Source of the DNA: Eubacteriales bacterium
GTDB lineage: Bacteria > Bacillota > Clostridia > Oscillospirales > CAG-272
Direction: 5' to 3'
Length of the DNA stretch: 64,000 nucleotides
Assembly: GCA_045605765.1 (NCBI GenBank)
Contig: JAZUQQ010000031.1
Location: 169-64,168, forward strand
In this document: piece after piece, positions 28,038 through 37,559 of the stretch
How positions within the stretch are numbered: position 1 is the first letter of the stretch
Layout: the number at the start of each line of letters is the position of its first letter
The notes under the pieces: model-generated
Seen by the model: only the letters and a program-made list of their open reading frames with translations
Database searches by the model: none
Told to the model about the DNA's origin: nothing
Made by a program: the position numbers and the translations under genes

Positions 28038-29186
28038 ATGTATATAACGAAAGACATAAAGTATATCGGAGTCAACGATCATAATATAGATCTGTTTGAG
28101 GGACAGTATGATGTGCCAAACGGTATGTCATACAACTCCTATGCGATAATAGACGATAGAGTTGCTATAATGGATAGCGTCGACGCTTCTTTTGGCGACG
28201 AGTGGCTTGCCAATATTAATAGAGTACTAGGAAACAGAGAACCAGACTATCTTGTAGTACAACACATGGAGCCTGATCATTCGGCAAATATAGTAAGCTT
28301 TGCAGATGCTTATCCGAATGCCAAAATAGTTTCGTCTGCAAAGGCATTTGTAATGATGAAAAACTTTTTCGGAACAGATTTTTTTGATAGACGTGTAGTT
28401 GTCGCACAGGGTGACAAACTCTGTCTCGGACATCACGAACTCACTTTTGTGGCCGCGCCGATGGTGCATTGGCCTGAGGTCATAGTGACCTACGATAGTA
28501 CGGATAAGGTGCTTTTCTCGGCAGACGCGTTCGGTAAATTCGGCGCACTTGACATCGATGAAGATTGGGCGTGCGAGGCAAGACGTTATTATATCGGGAT
28601 CGTTGGCAAGTACGGAACACAAGTTCAGGAGCTTCTTAAAAAGGCGGCGGCACTCGATATTCAGATCATTTGTCCGCTTCACGGACCTGTACTCAGTGAA
28701 GATCTTGGATACTATCTCGGTTTTTATAACACTTGGTCGAGCTACGCAGTCGAGGAAGAGGGTGTTGTTATCGCATATACCTCTGTTTACGGAAATACGA
28801 AGAAGGCAGTTTACGCCCTTACGGAAAAACTCAAAGAAAAGGGCATCAAGGTTACAGTAAACGATCTTGCTCGTTGCGATATGGCAGAAGCGGTCGAGGA
28901 CGCTTTCCGTTACAGTAAGCTTGTTCTTGCGACTACGACCTATAACGGCGATATTTTCCCGTATATGCGCCAATTTATCGACCATCTGATCGAGCGTAAT
29001 TATCAAAACAGAACGGTTGCGTTCATCGAAAACGGTAGCTGGGCACCTCTCGCGGTAAAGAAAATGAAGGGTATGCTTGAAAACAGCAAAAACCTCGCTT
29101 ATGCCGAAACTACGGTGAAAATTATGTCTGCGATGAACGAGGAAAACATGAATCAGATCGAAGCTCTCGCAAACGAGCTTTGCTGA
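28038..29186 (+). CDS. fprA: Flavodiiron protein (FprA family; metallo-beta-lactamase plus flavodoxin domains)
   Basis: GMSYNSY, QHMEPDHS, PMVHWPE, FSADAFGKFG, PLHGP, YTSVYGNT; start set at MYITK. Confidence 0.93.
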   Translation: MYITKDIKYIGVNDHNIDLFEGQYDVPNGMSYNSYAIIDDRVAIMDSVDASFGDEWLANINRVLGNREPDYLVVQHMEPDHSANIVSFADAYPNAKIVSSAKAFVMMKNFFGTDFFDRRVVVAQGDKLCLGHHELTFVAAPMVHWPEVIVTYDSTDKVLFSADAFGKFGALDIDEDWACEARRYYIGIVGKYGTQVQELLKKAAALDIQIICPLHGPVLSEDLGYYLGFYNTWSSYAVEEEGVVIAYTSVYGNTKKAVYALTEKLKEKGIKVTVNDLARCDMAEAVEDAFRYSKLVLATTTYNGDIFPYMRQFIDHLIERNYQNRTVAFIENGSWAPLAVKKMKGMLENSKNLAYAETTVKIMSAMNEENMNQIEALANELC

Positions 29187-29219
29187 ATATAAAATATAAT
29201 TTATATGGAGGAAAACGAA

Positions 29220-29378
29220 ATGAAATACGTATGTGATGTTTGTGGCTGGGAATATGACGAGGCAGTCGGCGATCCCGACAACGGAATTGCGGCAGGCACG
29301 AAATTCGAGGATCTTCCCGATGATTTTGAGTGTCCTCTCTGCGGTGTCGGCAAGGACAGCTTCAGTAAAGCTGAGTAA
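29220..29378 (+). CDS. Rubredoxin (52 aa; missed by the ORF track)
   Basis: [48 protein letters not shown]; GGAGG RBS. Confidence 0.97.
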   Translation: MKYVCDVCGWEYDEAVGDPDNGIAAGTKFEDLPDDFECPLCGVGKDSFSKAE

Positions 29379-29384
29379 CAAATG

Positions 29385-29420
29385 AAAATCGGCAGGTTTT
29401 CCTGCCGATTTTATTTTTTT
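29385..29420. terminator. Bidirectional terminator
   Basis: AAAATCGGCAGG-TTTT-CCTGCCGATTTT followed by a T-run. Confidence 0.85.
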
Positions 29421-30039
29421 AGTTTACATATAACCCGCCTGCATCGTGATTACGAAGATTTGGATTCTCCATTTCACCAAGTAAGCCCGACAGGGTGTAG
29501 AGGGTCATTCCTGCAATTACCCCACCGTTATCCAAGATACTTTCTTTGGATACTCGACCGATGTGTACTTCTTTACAAGTGGGATTTAGTAGGAGTATGT
29601 TGCATACCGATTTTAGATACCACTCATCCCGAAAGCACGCTCTGAAATTATAATTTGGAATTTTGCGAGTCTTGGAATCCCGATAATCAAGACTGCTACC
29701 ATTATAAAATCTTCCGGCACCGAATGGCGAAAATACAAAAATAAAATTGCGCACATAGAATGAGTTCTCATCAGGGAAGATCAAATACTGGCTCCGTTTG
29801 CGCATTCCGAATAGCTTTACTGCATAGACGGTATCGGGAGTTTCGATATAAAAATCGCAGTTTTTTCCAAGCCGATGGGCAAACATCCAAAATCTGTGCG
29901 TTGGATATGTTTTATATCCTTTTCTACGGCAAAGCTTTTTGATCTTACTCGCGCATTTCAATCGCTTGAAAAAGCAACGGATATACGGAAAAAACACAAT
30001 AAGAGCGATAATACCTATCAGTACATACCAAAATTCCAT
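29419..30039 (-). CDS. Hypothetical single-pass membrane protein, translationally coupled to the ECF sigma gene
   Basis: N-terminal hydrophobic helix; ATG immediately follows the sigma stop codon, with a GAAAGGA RBS. Confidence 0.7.
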   Translation of the reverse strand: MEFWYVLIGIIALIVFFPYIRCFFKRLKCASKIKKLCRRKGYKTYPTHRFWMFAHRLGKNCDFYIETPDTVYAVKLFGMRKRSQYLIFPDENSFYVRNFIFVFSPFGAGRFYNGSSLDYRDSKTRKIPNYNFRACFRDEWYLKSVCNILLLNPTCKEVHIGRVSKESILDNGGVIAGMTLYTLSGLLGEMENPNLRNHDAGGLYVN

Positions 30040-31701
30040 TTACATATCCTTCTTTCGGTAAGCAATGTAGATCAGCGGTGTTTTGCCAACGACCACAGGG
30101 TAAGGCAAAAGCTCCTTGTTCACGATTGCGAGAAGCTGCGCTTTTGCATACGCCCCCATCGCGCCCGCATAAACGAAATATTCTGCTTCATCCACATGCT
30201 TGGGAACGCGGTTCTTGGTCTTTGTCCAAAGCTTGCGCAGATCATCGGAAAGCAGATCAAAAAGTTCCTTTTTGATCACTTCGCAAACGGGATTCCAATG
30301 CTTTGTTACTTCAGTGAAAGGCAATGCCGGAATATCCAATTTGATCTCGCCGTCCGCACCGCGCTTTAATATGCCGAGTTTTTCAAATTCGGGGATCAGT
30401 TCATACAACAGCTCGTTGTCGGTTTTGACGTTGCAAGGCAGAAAGGATGCATAGAATCGCAGAATGCTCTGCAAGGAGCATCTGTATTTGAACTGATTGT
30501 ATGCCCAGTGCGCATCCCCGAAAAGCGATTGACAATCAAACATTTGACAATCAAACTTGCCGTCATTATTCGCGCTGTATCCGACATATACGGGACCGGA
30601 TCCATCGTATGGGTTATCTCGCTTTTGATTGTGTTCGTAAACGGTTACCGTCGCAAGCCATCTGCCTGCATCAGGACGGTCAGGCGGTTGCTTAGGCGTA
30701 TGCTCCAAATCGGGACGGCTCCTCTGTAAAACATCGTGTAACATCTGATTCATCACAAACAAAAGTATGGTTGCTTTTTGCTTATCGGACATTTCAGCAA
30801 GATCATCACGTTGTGTCAAAGGCTCAATGTGTTTCCAAACAATCTCCCATACGCGAGAAGCGTATTTGTCTGCAAGTTTTTCTTGGGCAGGGATATCGCC
30901 AAAGGCATCCTCGTATCTTTGCACGAAGCAACGGGTATAGACAAGTCCACCCGCAGTTCTGCCCATCAGCTCGCCTCGGATTAAAACATCAATGATGGGT
31001 TCAATATATGCGCTGGGCATACCCATAGTATCGGCAATACCGCGCACCGACACGGGATTTTCATATGCCAAATTCAAGATGTTGGCTTCAATATCCGAGC
31101 GCATAAGTGAGAATGGTTCTCCGTTAAGCCCACCGTTGCCCCATATACCAATAGAAGCTGTTTTAGGTTCGTAACTGATCTGCGAATACTTTTCCATATT
31201 TTCAAGTCCCTCTTTGATCTGATCTCTTGCCGCAGAAAGACGGGATAATACCGTTCCGCGCGGAATACCAAGCTCTTTTGAAATCTGTTCAACCGTTTGT
31301 CCGTGAACGTAGTTACGCACCGTGACCTCACGATAAATACGGATCAGTCGTCCGATCTCACGGCGTACCGATTCATATTCCTCGCTCTTTCGCTCGGCAT
31401 CTTCCTTTTCCTCGAATTCGTTGTAAGTTTCGCTGATAGCACCGTCTGAATATTCCACATATTCTGCCCTGTACTTCTCACGAAGCCATGCGTTGTATTT
31501 GTTTTTGAGAACTGCAGACACAAAGCCTTTGGGATATTCTATGTTTTCGCCCTTGCTGATTTTTACAATCAAAGCCGTAAGCGTGTCTTGCACCAAGGTA
31601 TCAATGTTCGGGCAATCGTTATATTGCTTTTCGGCAAGACGATAGAGATATTCCAAATATTCGCCGCACTGCTTTTCAAAATTCTTGTCAAATCCGATCA
31701 T
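30040..31701 (-). CDS. ECF-type sigma-70 factor with a ~380-aa C-terminal extension
   Basis: sigma2-like LYRLA...DTLVQDT...NKYNAWLR; sigma4 HTH GQTVEQISKELGIPRGTVLSRLSAAR; second HTH-like segment VSVRGIADTMGMPSAYIE; AGAAAGGAGG RBS. Confidence 0.85.
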   Translation of the reverse strand: MIGFDKNFEKQCGEYLEYLYRLAEKQYNDCPNIDTLVQDTLTALIVKISKGENIEYPKGFVSAVLKNKYNAWLREKYRAEYVEYSDGAISETYNEFEEKEDAERKSEEYESVRREIGRLIRIYREVTVRNYVHGQTVEQISKELGIPRGTVLSRLSAARDQIKEGLENMEKYSQISYEPKTASIGIWGNGGLNGEPFSLMRSDIEANILNLAYENPVSVRGIADTMGMPSAYIEPIIDVLIRGELMGRTAGGLVYTRCFVQRYEDAFGDIPAQEKLADKYASRVWEIVWKHIEPLTQRDDLAEMSDKQKATILLFVMNQMLHDVLQRSRPDLEHTPKQPPDRPDAGRWLATVTVYEHNQKRDNPYDGSGPVYVGYSANNDGKFDCQMFDCQSLFGDAHWAYNQFKYRCSLQSILRFYASFLPCNVKTDNELLYELIPEFEKLGILKRGADGEIKLDIPALPFTEVTKHWNPVCEVIKKELFDLLSDDLRKLWTKTKNRVPKHVDEAEYFVYAGAMGAYAKAQLLAIVNKELLPYPVVVGKTPLIYIAYRKKDM

Positions 31702-31817
31702 AGAGGTTCCTCCTTTCTGCCGTCATCGGCTGTTTTCACCCTATTAGTTGCAGAAAAATATGTTTGATTCGCTGTTTTAATAAAATTATATCATAAAATT
31801 GTGAATGTGTCTATAAC

Positions 31818-31858
31818 GAAGCTTCCGATGACGACTTTTTCAGTCATCATCGGAGGCT
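31818..31858. terminator. GC-rich hairpin downstream of the tnpV-like remnant
   Basis: GCTTCCGATGACGAC-loop-GTCATCATCGGAGGC (imperfect). Confidence 0.5.
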
Positions 31859-31879
31859 AAAGATGTTTATTTTGTTACT

Positions 31880-31954
31880 TTATTGATAAATGACCTCCCG
31901 CAACACGATTTCTTCACGATAGGTTCCACCAAGTTTTTCATACAATGTTTTCAT
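31880..31954 (-). pseudogene. Internally deleted tnpV-like remnant (24 aa MKTLYEKLGGTYREEIVLREVIYQ)
   Basis: N-terminus resembles TnpV-family starts (xxLxExxGGxY); tail resembles TnpV C-termini (EIVxxExIY); GGAG RBS. Confidence 0.6.
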
Positions 31955-32075
31955 TACAGTATCTCCATTCAAATAATTATTTGCGATATACTGTATCGAT
32001 TGTCTTTACAACTATTTTTTGAACCCTTCGTTATCGGAGCTTATCTTAAAGCAGGTACGCTAAATTGCTTCTATT

Positions 32076-34694
32076 TTAGTTTTTATGCTTTATAAGCCCG
32101 AAAAGCTTGCATATCTCCATTACAACAAGGGGAACGAAGATAAGTCCGAGAGCTATAAGATAGAGCTTCCAAGAGAGAATAACAAGTCCAAACGCCTTTC
32201 CGACGGGTGTGAAAAGTACGAGCGCAACGAGTGCAGTAGATGCAAGAGCTGCGAGATTAAGCGTGCGGTTTGTGAAAGGACCGATCTTAAAGAGCGAGTG
32301 CTCGGAACGCATATTGAACGCCTGAACGATCTGACAAAGCGCGAGGATCATAAATGCCATAGTCTGTCCCTGCGCTACGTTAGCATCGTTTCCTTGCCAA
32401 CCGAGCCAGAAGCCGATAAGCGTGAGAGCGGCGAACATACAGCCTTGAAGAACGACACGAAGTCCGAGTCCGTGAGCGAAGATGCCTTCGTTTTTAGGCT
32501 TGGGTTTTCTGTCCATAACGTCCTTTTCGACCGCTTCCATACCGAGCGCGATGGCGGGAAGAGAATCGGTTACGAGGTTGATCCAAAGAAGCTGCATAGA
32601 GAGCAGGGGAGTTTTGTGCCAGAGAAGCATAGCGGCAAATACCGTGATTACCTCTCCTATATTGGTTCCGAGAAGGAAGCCGACTACCTTTTTGATGTTA
32701 GCATAAATTCCGCGACCTTCGCGCACCGCATCGACGATAGTAGCGAAATTGTCGTCGGTGAGGGTCATGTCTGCGGCGCCCTTTGCAACGTCCGTTCCTG
32801 TGATTCCCATAGCGCAGCCGATGTCTGCGGCTTTGAGTGCGGGAGCATCGTTTACGCCGTCACCGGTCATAGAAACGACCTGACCTTTGCGCTGCCAAGC
32901 TTTTACTATTCTTATCTTGTTTTCGGGGGATACGCGAGCGTAGACCGATATGCTTTCGACCTGCTCGTCAAGCTCGCGATCGGTCATAGCATCAAGTTCT
33001 GCGCCTGTAATGGCGCGGTCGCCTTCAAGGAGTATTCCGAGTTCTTTTGCAATGGCAGAAGCCGTGACTACGTGGTCTCCTGTTATCATTACGGGTTTTA
33101 TTCCTGCGCGGCGGCAGATAGCGACTGCGTCCTTTGCTTCCGGGCGGGGAGGATCTATCATTCCGACAAGACCCATAAAGGTCAATCCGTTTTCAAGCTC
33201 GTCGGATGTCGGATTTTCTGGGACCTTATCTATTTCTTTATAAGCGACCGCAAGGACTCTGAGTGCGCTTTCGCTCATTTCCTCGGTAACCTTCTTTCCG
33301 AGTTCGAGATCTCCTGAAATACACCTTGACGCCATAACGTCAAATGCACCCTTTACGATGACGATATTTTTGCCGTCAACGCTGTTCACCGTGGTCATAA
33401 GCTTTCGGTCGGAGTCGAATGGAATTTCCGCCAGACGCGGATATTTTGCGTTTAGCTCATCTTTTTCCATGCCGTTCTTGTGAGCGGCAAGAACGATCGC
33501 AGTTTCAGTGGGATCACCGATGTGTTGTTCCTCGTTCCCGTTAAAGATTACAGATCCGTCACAACAGAGAGTTCCGTACATCAGAAGCTTTCTTATTTCC
33601 TCTGTGTTAGAGGAGCTTATGCCTTCGCAATCTCCTGCTCCGTCAATATACGCCTTTGTGAGCGTCATACGGTTTTGTGTGAGGGTTCCAGTCTTATCCG
33701 AGCATATTACCGACGCTCCGCCGAGTGTTTCAACTGCGGGTAGACGGCGGATAAGCGCGTTTTTCTTAACCATTCGCTGAACTCCGATAGACAGCACGAT
33801 GGTAACTATTGCAGGAAGTCCTTCGGGGATAGCCGATACTGCAAGCGATACCGCGGTCATAAATATTTCAAGTGGAGGTATGTTGTTTGCAAGGCCGACC
33901 ACGAAGATGATAGCGCAGGCGGCAAGAGCTACTATGCCGAGATATTTGCCGAGCTGGGCAAGCTTCTGTTGAAGCGGTGTCTGAGTGTCGCTTTCACTGT
34001 CAAGTAGGTTGGCGATCTTGCCCATTTCTGTGTCCATACCGATAGCGGTAACAACTGCAATTGCTGTTCCGTAGGTGATACTGCATCCCGAAAATACCAT
34101 ATTTGTGCGGTCGCCAATAGGAGCTTTTTCGTCTACTGAAGCATTAGCGTCCTTTTCGGAGGGCACAGATTCACCGGTAAGCGCGGATTCCTCGGATTTG
34201 AGTCCTGCACTGTGCAAAAGACGTGCGTCTGCGGGAACGAAGTCACCGGCTTCAAGCTTTATTATATCACCGGGCACTAGTTCGGATGCATCTATCACCA
34301 TTTCTATGCCATCGCGTATAACTCTCGCGTGCGGTGCCGACATGTTTTTTAGAGCATCAAGTGCTTTTTCGGCTTTTCCTTCCTGATATACACCCATAAC
34401 GGCGTTGAGAATGACAATAAGTAGGATAAGAGCAGGCTCAAAAAGCTCTCCCCAGTTCTGTTCAAGGCATACAACAAAGAATGAAATTACAGCAGCCGCT
34501 ATAAGAATAAGGATCATAACGTCCTTGAACTGGTCAAGGAAGCGTTGTAGAGTGGTTTTCTTTTTCTTCTCGCGAAGCTTGTTTTCACCGTACTTTTCTT
34601 TTCGTGAAATAACTTCCGTGGAACTGAGGCCCTTTGCGGAATCTACCAAAAGTGCTCTCAGAACCTCGCTTGTCTTTTTATTGTGTGGCGACAA
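32076..34694 (-). CDS. Cation-translocating P-type ATPase (P2A, Ca2+-type)
   Basis: LTGES, AIPEGLP, DKTGTLT, MITGDH, TGDGVNDAPAL; TTG start with GGAGG RBS. Confidence 0.95.
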   Translation of the reverse strand: MSPHNKKTSEVLRALLVDSAKGLSSTEVISRKEKYGENKLREKKKKTTLQRFLDQFKDVMILILIAAAVISFFVVCLEQNWGELFEPALILLIVILNAVMGVYQEGKAEKALDALKNMSAPHARVIRDGIEMVIDASELVPGDIIKLEAGDFVPADARLLHSAGLKSEESALTGESVPSEKDANASVDEKAPIGDRTNMVFSGCSITYGTAIAVVTAIGMDTEMGKIANLLDSESDTQTPLQQKLAQLGKYLGIVALAACAIIFVVGLANNIPPLEIFMTAVSLAVSAIPEGLPAIVTIVLSIGVQRMVKKNALIRRLPAVETLGGASVICSDKTGTLTQNRMTLTKAYIDGAGDCEGISSSNTEEIRKLLMYGTLCCDGSVIFNGNEEQHIGDPTETAIVLAAHKNGMEKDELNAKYPRLAEIPFDSDRKLMTTVNSVDGKNIVIVKGAFDVMASRCISGDLELGKKVTEEMSESALRVLAVAYKEIDKVPENPTSDELENGLTFMGLVGMIDPPRPEAKDAVAICRRAGIKPVMITGDHVVTASAIAKELGILLEGDRAITGAELDAMTDRELDEQVESISVYARVSPENKIRIVKAWQRKGQVVSMTGDGVNDAPALKAADIGCAMGITGTDVAKGAADMTLTDDNFATIVDAVREGRGIYANIKKVVGFLLGTNIGEVITVFAAMLLWHKTPLLSMQLLWINLVTDSLPAIALGMEAVEKDVMDRKPKPKNEGIFAHGLGLRVVLQGCMFAALTLIGFWLGWQGNDANVAQGQTMAFMILALCQIVQAFNMRSEHSLFKIGPFTNRTLNLAALASTALVALVLFTPVGKAFGLVILSWKLYLIALGLIFVPLVVMEICKLFGLIKHKN

Positions 34695-34864
34695 TTTGTA
34701 TTCCTCCTGTTTTAATTATAAGTTCATGTGAGTGGATTTGAAAATCCTATTATTATATTTATAACAAAATACTATATATTTGTCAATTAGTATAAGTGAA
34801 TTTTTTGAAAATATTTTAAAACAAAAGAAAAGCGACGCTAAAAAGCGGCACTTTTCAGAAGTTA

Positions 34865-35446
34865 TCAGCCGTCCTTTAATTCTTTGACGGTTAGTATTTT
34901 TTCGGAAGGATCTTCAATGTAATCAAAGATCTTTTCAAGGTTGTCGGTTATCTCGTAAAGTTCAGTACAGTTTTCGCGTATGAAATTCTTTTTCATCGCT
35001 TGAATCATAACCTCGTTTATCTCATTGTAATATTCCTTGATGTTGTAAATCGCAATAGGCTTGTTGTGACGGCAGAGCTGCTTTAAGGTCAGTATCTCGA
35101 AGAATTCTTCAAACGTACCGATACCGCCTGGAACGACTATAAATGCATCCGAATTATCCTCCATTATTTGCTTACGTTCACGCATAGTGTTCGGCTGTAT
35201 AAGCTCGTCGCAGAAGTCACAGACGGCTTCAACGTTTTCAGCATCGAAAAATTTGGGGATAACGCCTAAAATATATCCGCCCTGCGAGCGAACGCCTCTT
35301 GCCGCTGCTCCCATAAGTCCGTTTCCACCTCCGCCAAACACTAGCGAGTGTCCTCGAGATGCTATTTCTTTACCAAGCTCTTCGACCTTATCGATATATT
35401 CACGATCGATAGTAGGCGACGCTGCGCCAAATACGCATATTCTCAT
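34865..35446 (-). CDS. LOG family nucleotide phosphoribohydrolase (TIGR00730-like)
   Basis: GGGGNGLMGAAA, MRERKQIM, VPGGIGTFEEFFE. Confidence 0.92.
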   Translation of the reverse strand: MRICVFGAASPTIDREYIDKVEELGKEIASRGHSLVFGGGGNGLMGAAARGVRSQGGYILGVIPKFFDAENVEAVCDFCDELIQPNTMRERKQIMEDNSDAFIVVPGGIGTFEEFFEILTLKQLCRHNKPIAIYNIKEYYNEINEVMIQAMKKNFIRENCTELYEITDNLEKIFDYIEDPSEKILTVKELKDG

Positions 35447-35701
35447 ATATGATACCTCTCTATTTATTCCTTCCTAATAGAAGGGAAGTAGTTCACTACT
35501 TTATATAATAATTATAGCACATATTTTCTAAAATATCAATACTTTTACCAATATATGCTTTTCCTATACTTTTGATGTTGAAAGTATTATTTCAATGATG
35601 ATATTTTATATAACAAATTGCTCTCAGCAATTTGTGGGTTGTTCATCAACTAGCTTTTTAAAAACAAAAGAACGAACCCTTGATTCGTTCTTTTGTTCTA
35701 A

Positions 35702-35789
35702 CGGAGAGAGAGGGATTTGAACCCTCGAAGCGTTTTTGGCGCTTACGCGATTTCCAGTCGCGCGCCTTCGACCACTCGGCCATCTCTCC
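35702..35789 (-). tRNA. tRNA-Ser(GGA)
   Basis: GGAGAGATGGCCGAGTGGTCGAAGGCGCGCGACTGGAAATCGCG..., long variable arm, GGTTCAAATCC T-loop. Confidence 0.95.
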
Positions 35790-35824
35790 CAATATAGACG
35801 GCGTATTGTCCGTTCGACCTCACA

Positions 35825-35853
35825 AGTATACCATAGAGACTATATTTTGTCAA
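35825..35853 (-). promoter_or_regulatory. sigma-A promoter for tRNA-Ser
   Basis: TTGACA-17-TATACT. Confidence 0.75.
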
Positions 35854-35966
35854 GATAAAAATAAAAAAAAATATCTTTTTTTCGAAATTTTAGAGTAGTG
35901 CATAAAAAAAACGTTAGTTTTCGCATATCTTTTTTATTTTTGCTTTCAAAATACTTCAATGACCTC

Positions 35967-35995
35967 TTGATTTTTGCAAATAAAAAGTGTATAAT
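35967..35995 (+). promoter_or_regulatory. sigma-A promoter for the Re-citrate synthase gene
   Basis: TTGATT-17-TATAAT. Confidence 0.6.
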
Positions 35996-36064
35996 ATACC
36001 AAATATACAAATATTATGTTATTATTTATAGTTTTCGTATTCCTACCCAGAAAGGAGATATATA

Positions 36065-37498
36065 ATGTCAAATATTCCAAAACCAAGAGAACTGATATTT
36101 TCAGAAGAAACTAATCTTCTCGAACAGTCTGCATATCATTATCAGCTTCAAGAGAGATTAGAGCCTAATCTTTATCGCGATCTTTTTGAATATACGAGTA
36201 TTCCGAAAATTTCATTCAACCACAGAACCGTTCCAATCAATATGCCTAAGGATATATGGATAACCGACACCACCTTCCGTGACGGTCAGCAATCAACCTC
36301 TCCGTTTACGGTTAAGCAGATCGTTGATCTTTTCACACTTTTACATAAGCTCGGAGGGCCCAAAGGCATCGTCCGTCAAAGCGAATTTTTCGTATATACC
36401 GAAAAGGACAGACAGGCGATTCGCGCTTGTCAGGAGCTCGGATTTGAATTTCCCGAGATCACAAGCTGGATAAGAGCTAATGACAGCGATTTTGAGCTTG
36501 TAAAATCGCTCGGTATAAAAGAAACTGGAGTTCTCGTGTCCTGTTCGGATTATCACATCTACAACAAGATGAAGATGACGAGAAAGCAGGCGATGGAGAA
36601 ATACCTTGGTATCGTTCAAAAGGTTCTTGATGCAGGAATTCGTCCACGTTGTCACTTCGAAGATATAACGAGAGCCGACTATTACGGCTTCGTGCTTCCG
36701 TTTGCAGAAAGACTTATGGAGCTTAGCCGTAGGTATGACGTGCCGATCAAAATCCGTGCGTGCGATACTCTTGGATACGGAGTATCTTTCCCCGGCGCGG
36801 CGCTTCCTCGAAGTGTGCAGGGCATTATTTACGGTCTGCAACACTACGTAGGCTTCCCGTCCGAAATGATCGAGTGGCACGGACATAACGACTTCTATAA
36901 GGTCGTTAGTAACGCTTCTACCGCGTGGCTTTACGGTTGCGCGGGTATAAACTGCGCTATGCTAGGCATAGGCGAGCGCACGGGTAACTGTCCGCTCGAA
37001 GCTATGGCTATCGAATACGCGTCTCTTAGGGGTACGACCGACGGTATGGATCTTTCGGTAATTACCGAGATTGCGCGCTATTTTGAAAACGAGATCGGAT
37101 ATGATATTCCTCCGCGTACTCCTTTCGTTGGAAGAAACTTCAACGTAACAAGAGCGGGTATCCACGCAGACGGACTTCTCAAAGACGAGGAGATCTACAA
37201 CATATTCGATACCACCTCAATTCTCGGAGTTCCCGCAACTGTCGCGATAGATTCGCACAGCGGACTTGCAGGGATAGCGCACTGGCTCAATAATTTCTTC
37301 CATCTTGACGGGGATAGAGTGGTTGATAAGCGCCACCCGATACTCGTAGCTATGAAAGAAAAGGTTGACGAGCAGTATGCAAAGGGAAGAAATACGGTAA
37401 TGTCTGACATCGAGCTTGAGGTTATACTTAAAGAGCTTGACTACGATTTCTATACCCGTCTTATCCACGGAAACGACGAAAAGCATTTTATTGGATAA
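36065..37498 (+). CDS. Re-citrate synthase (DRE-TIM, IPMS/homocitrate synthase superfamily)
   Basis: ITDTTFRDGQQS, RCHFEDITRADYYG, EWHGHNDF, GERTGNCPLE, VTRAGIHADG; resembles clostridial Re-citrate synthase as recalled, lacks the LeuA regulatory domain. Confidence 0.85.
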   Translation: MSNIPKPRELIFSEETNLLEQSAYHYQLQERLEPNLYRDLFEYTSIPKISFNHRTVPINMPKDIWITDTTFRDGQQSTSPFTVKQIVDLFTLLHKLGGPKGIVRQSEFFVYTEKDRQAIRACQELGFEFPEITSWIRANDSDFELVKSLGIKETGVLVSCSDYHIYNKMKMTRKQAMEKYLGIVQKVLDAGIRPRCHFEDITRADYYGFVLPFAERLMELSRRYDVPIKIRACDTLGYGVSFPGAALPRSVQGIIYGLQHYVGFPSEMIEWHGHNDFYKVVSNASTAWLYGCAGINCAMLGIGERTGNCPLEAMAIEYASLRGTTDGMDLSVITEIARYFENEIGYDIPPRTPFVGRNFNVTRAGIHADGLLKDEEIYNIFDTTSILGVPATVAIDSHSGLAGIAHWLNNFFHLDGDRVVDKRHPILVAMKEKVDEQYAKGRNTVMSDIELEVILKELDYDFYTRLIHGNDEKHFIG

Positions 37499-37500
37499 AC

Positions 37501-37554
37501 AAAAAACACCGCAAATGTGAACTAAATGGGTTTCACTTCAATGCGGTGTTTTTT
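37501..37554. terminator. Bidirectional terminator between convergent genes
   Basis: AAAAAACACCGCA...TGCGGTGTTTTTT. Confidence 0.8.
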
Positions 37555-37559
37555 ATTAC

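Noticed and set aside
29417-32082. TTTTAGTTT at both ends of the ECF cassette as a target-site duplication
   Set aside because: A 9-bp low-complexity match explained by two genes both ending in AAC-TAA; not significant.
31883-32095. 70-aa plus-strand ORF and 22998-23228 plus-strand ORF as genes
   Set aside because: No RBS or recognisable motifs; they overlap better-supported minus-strand remnants (tnpV-like and spoVT copy B).
34695-34865. yybP-ykoY (Mn2+) riboswitch upstream of the P-type ATPase
   Set aside because: A TTGACA-17-TATAAA promoter leaves only a ~55-nt AT-rich leader, and no riboswitch core motifs are seen.
35600-35789. Island integrated at the tRNA-Ser, -Gly, -Arg or -His 3' ends
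   Set aside because: No duplicated tRNA 3' segment and no integrase were found in the window by eye.
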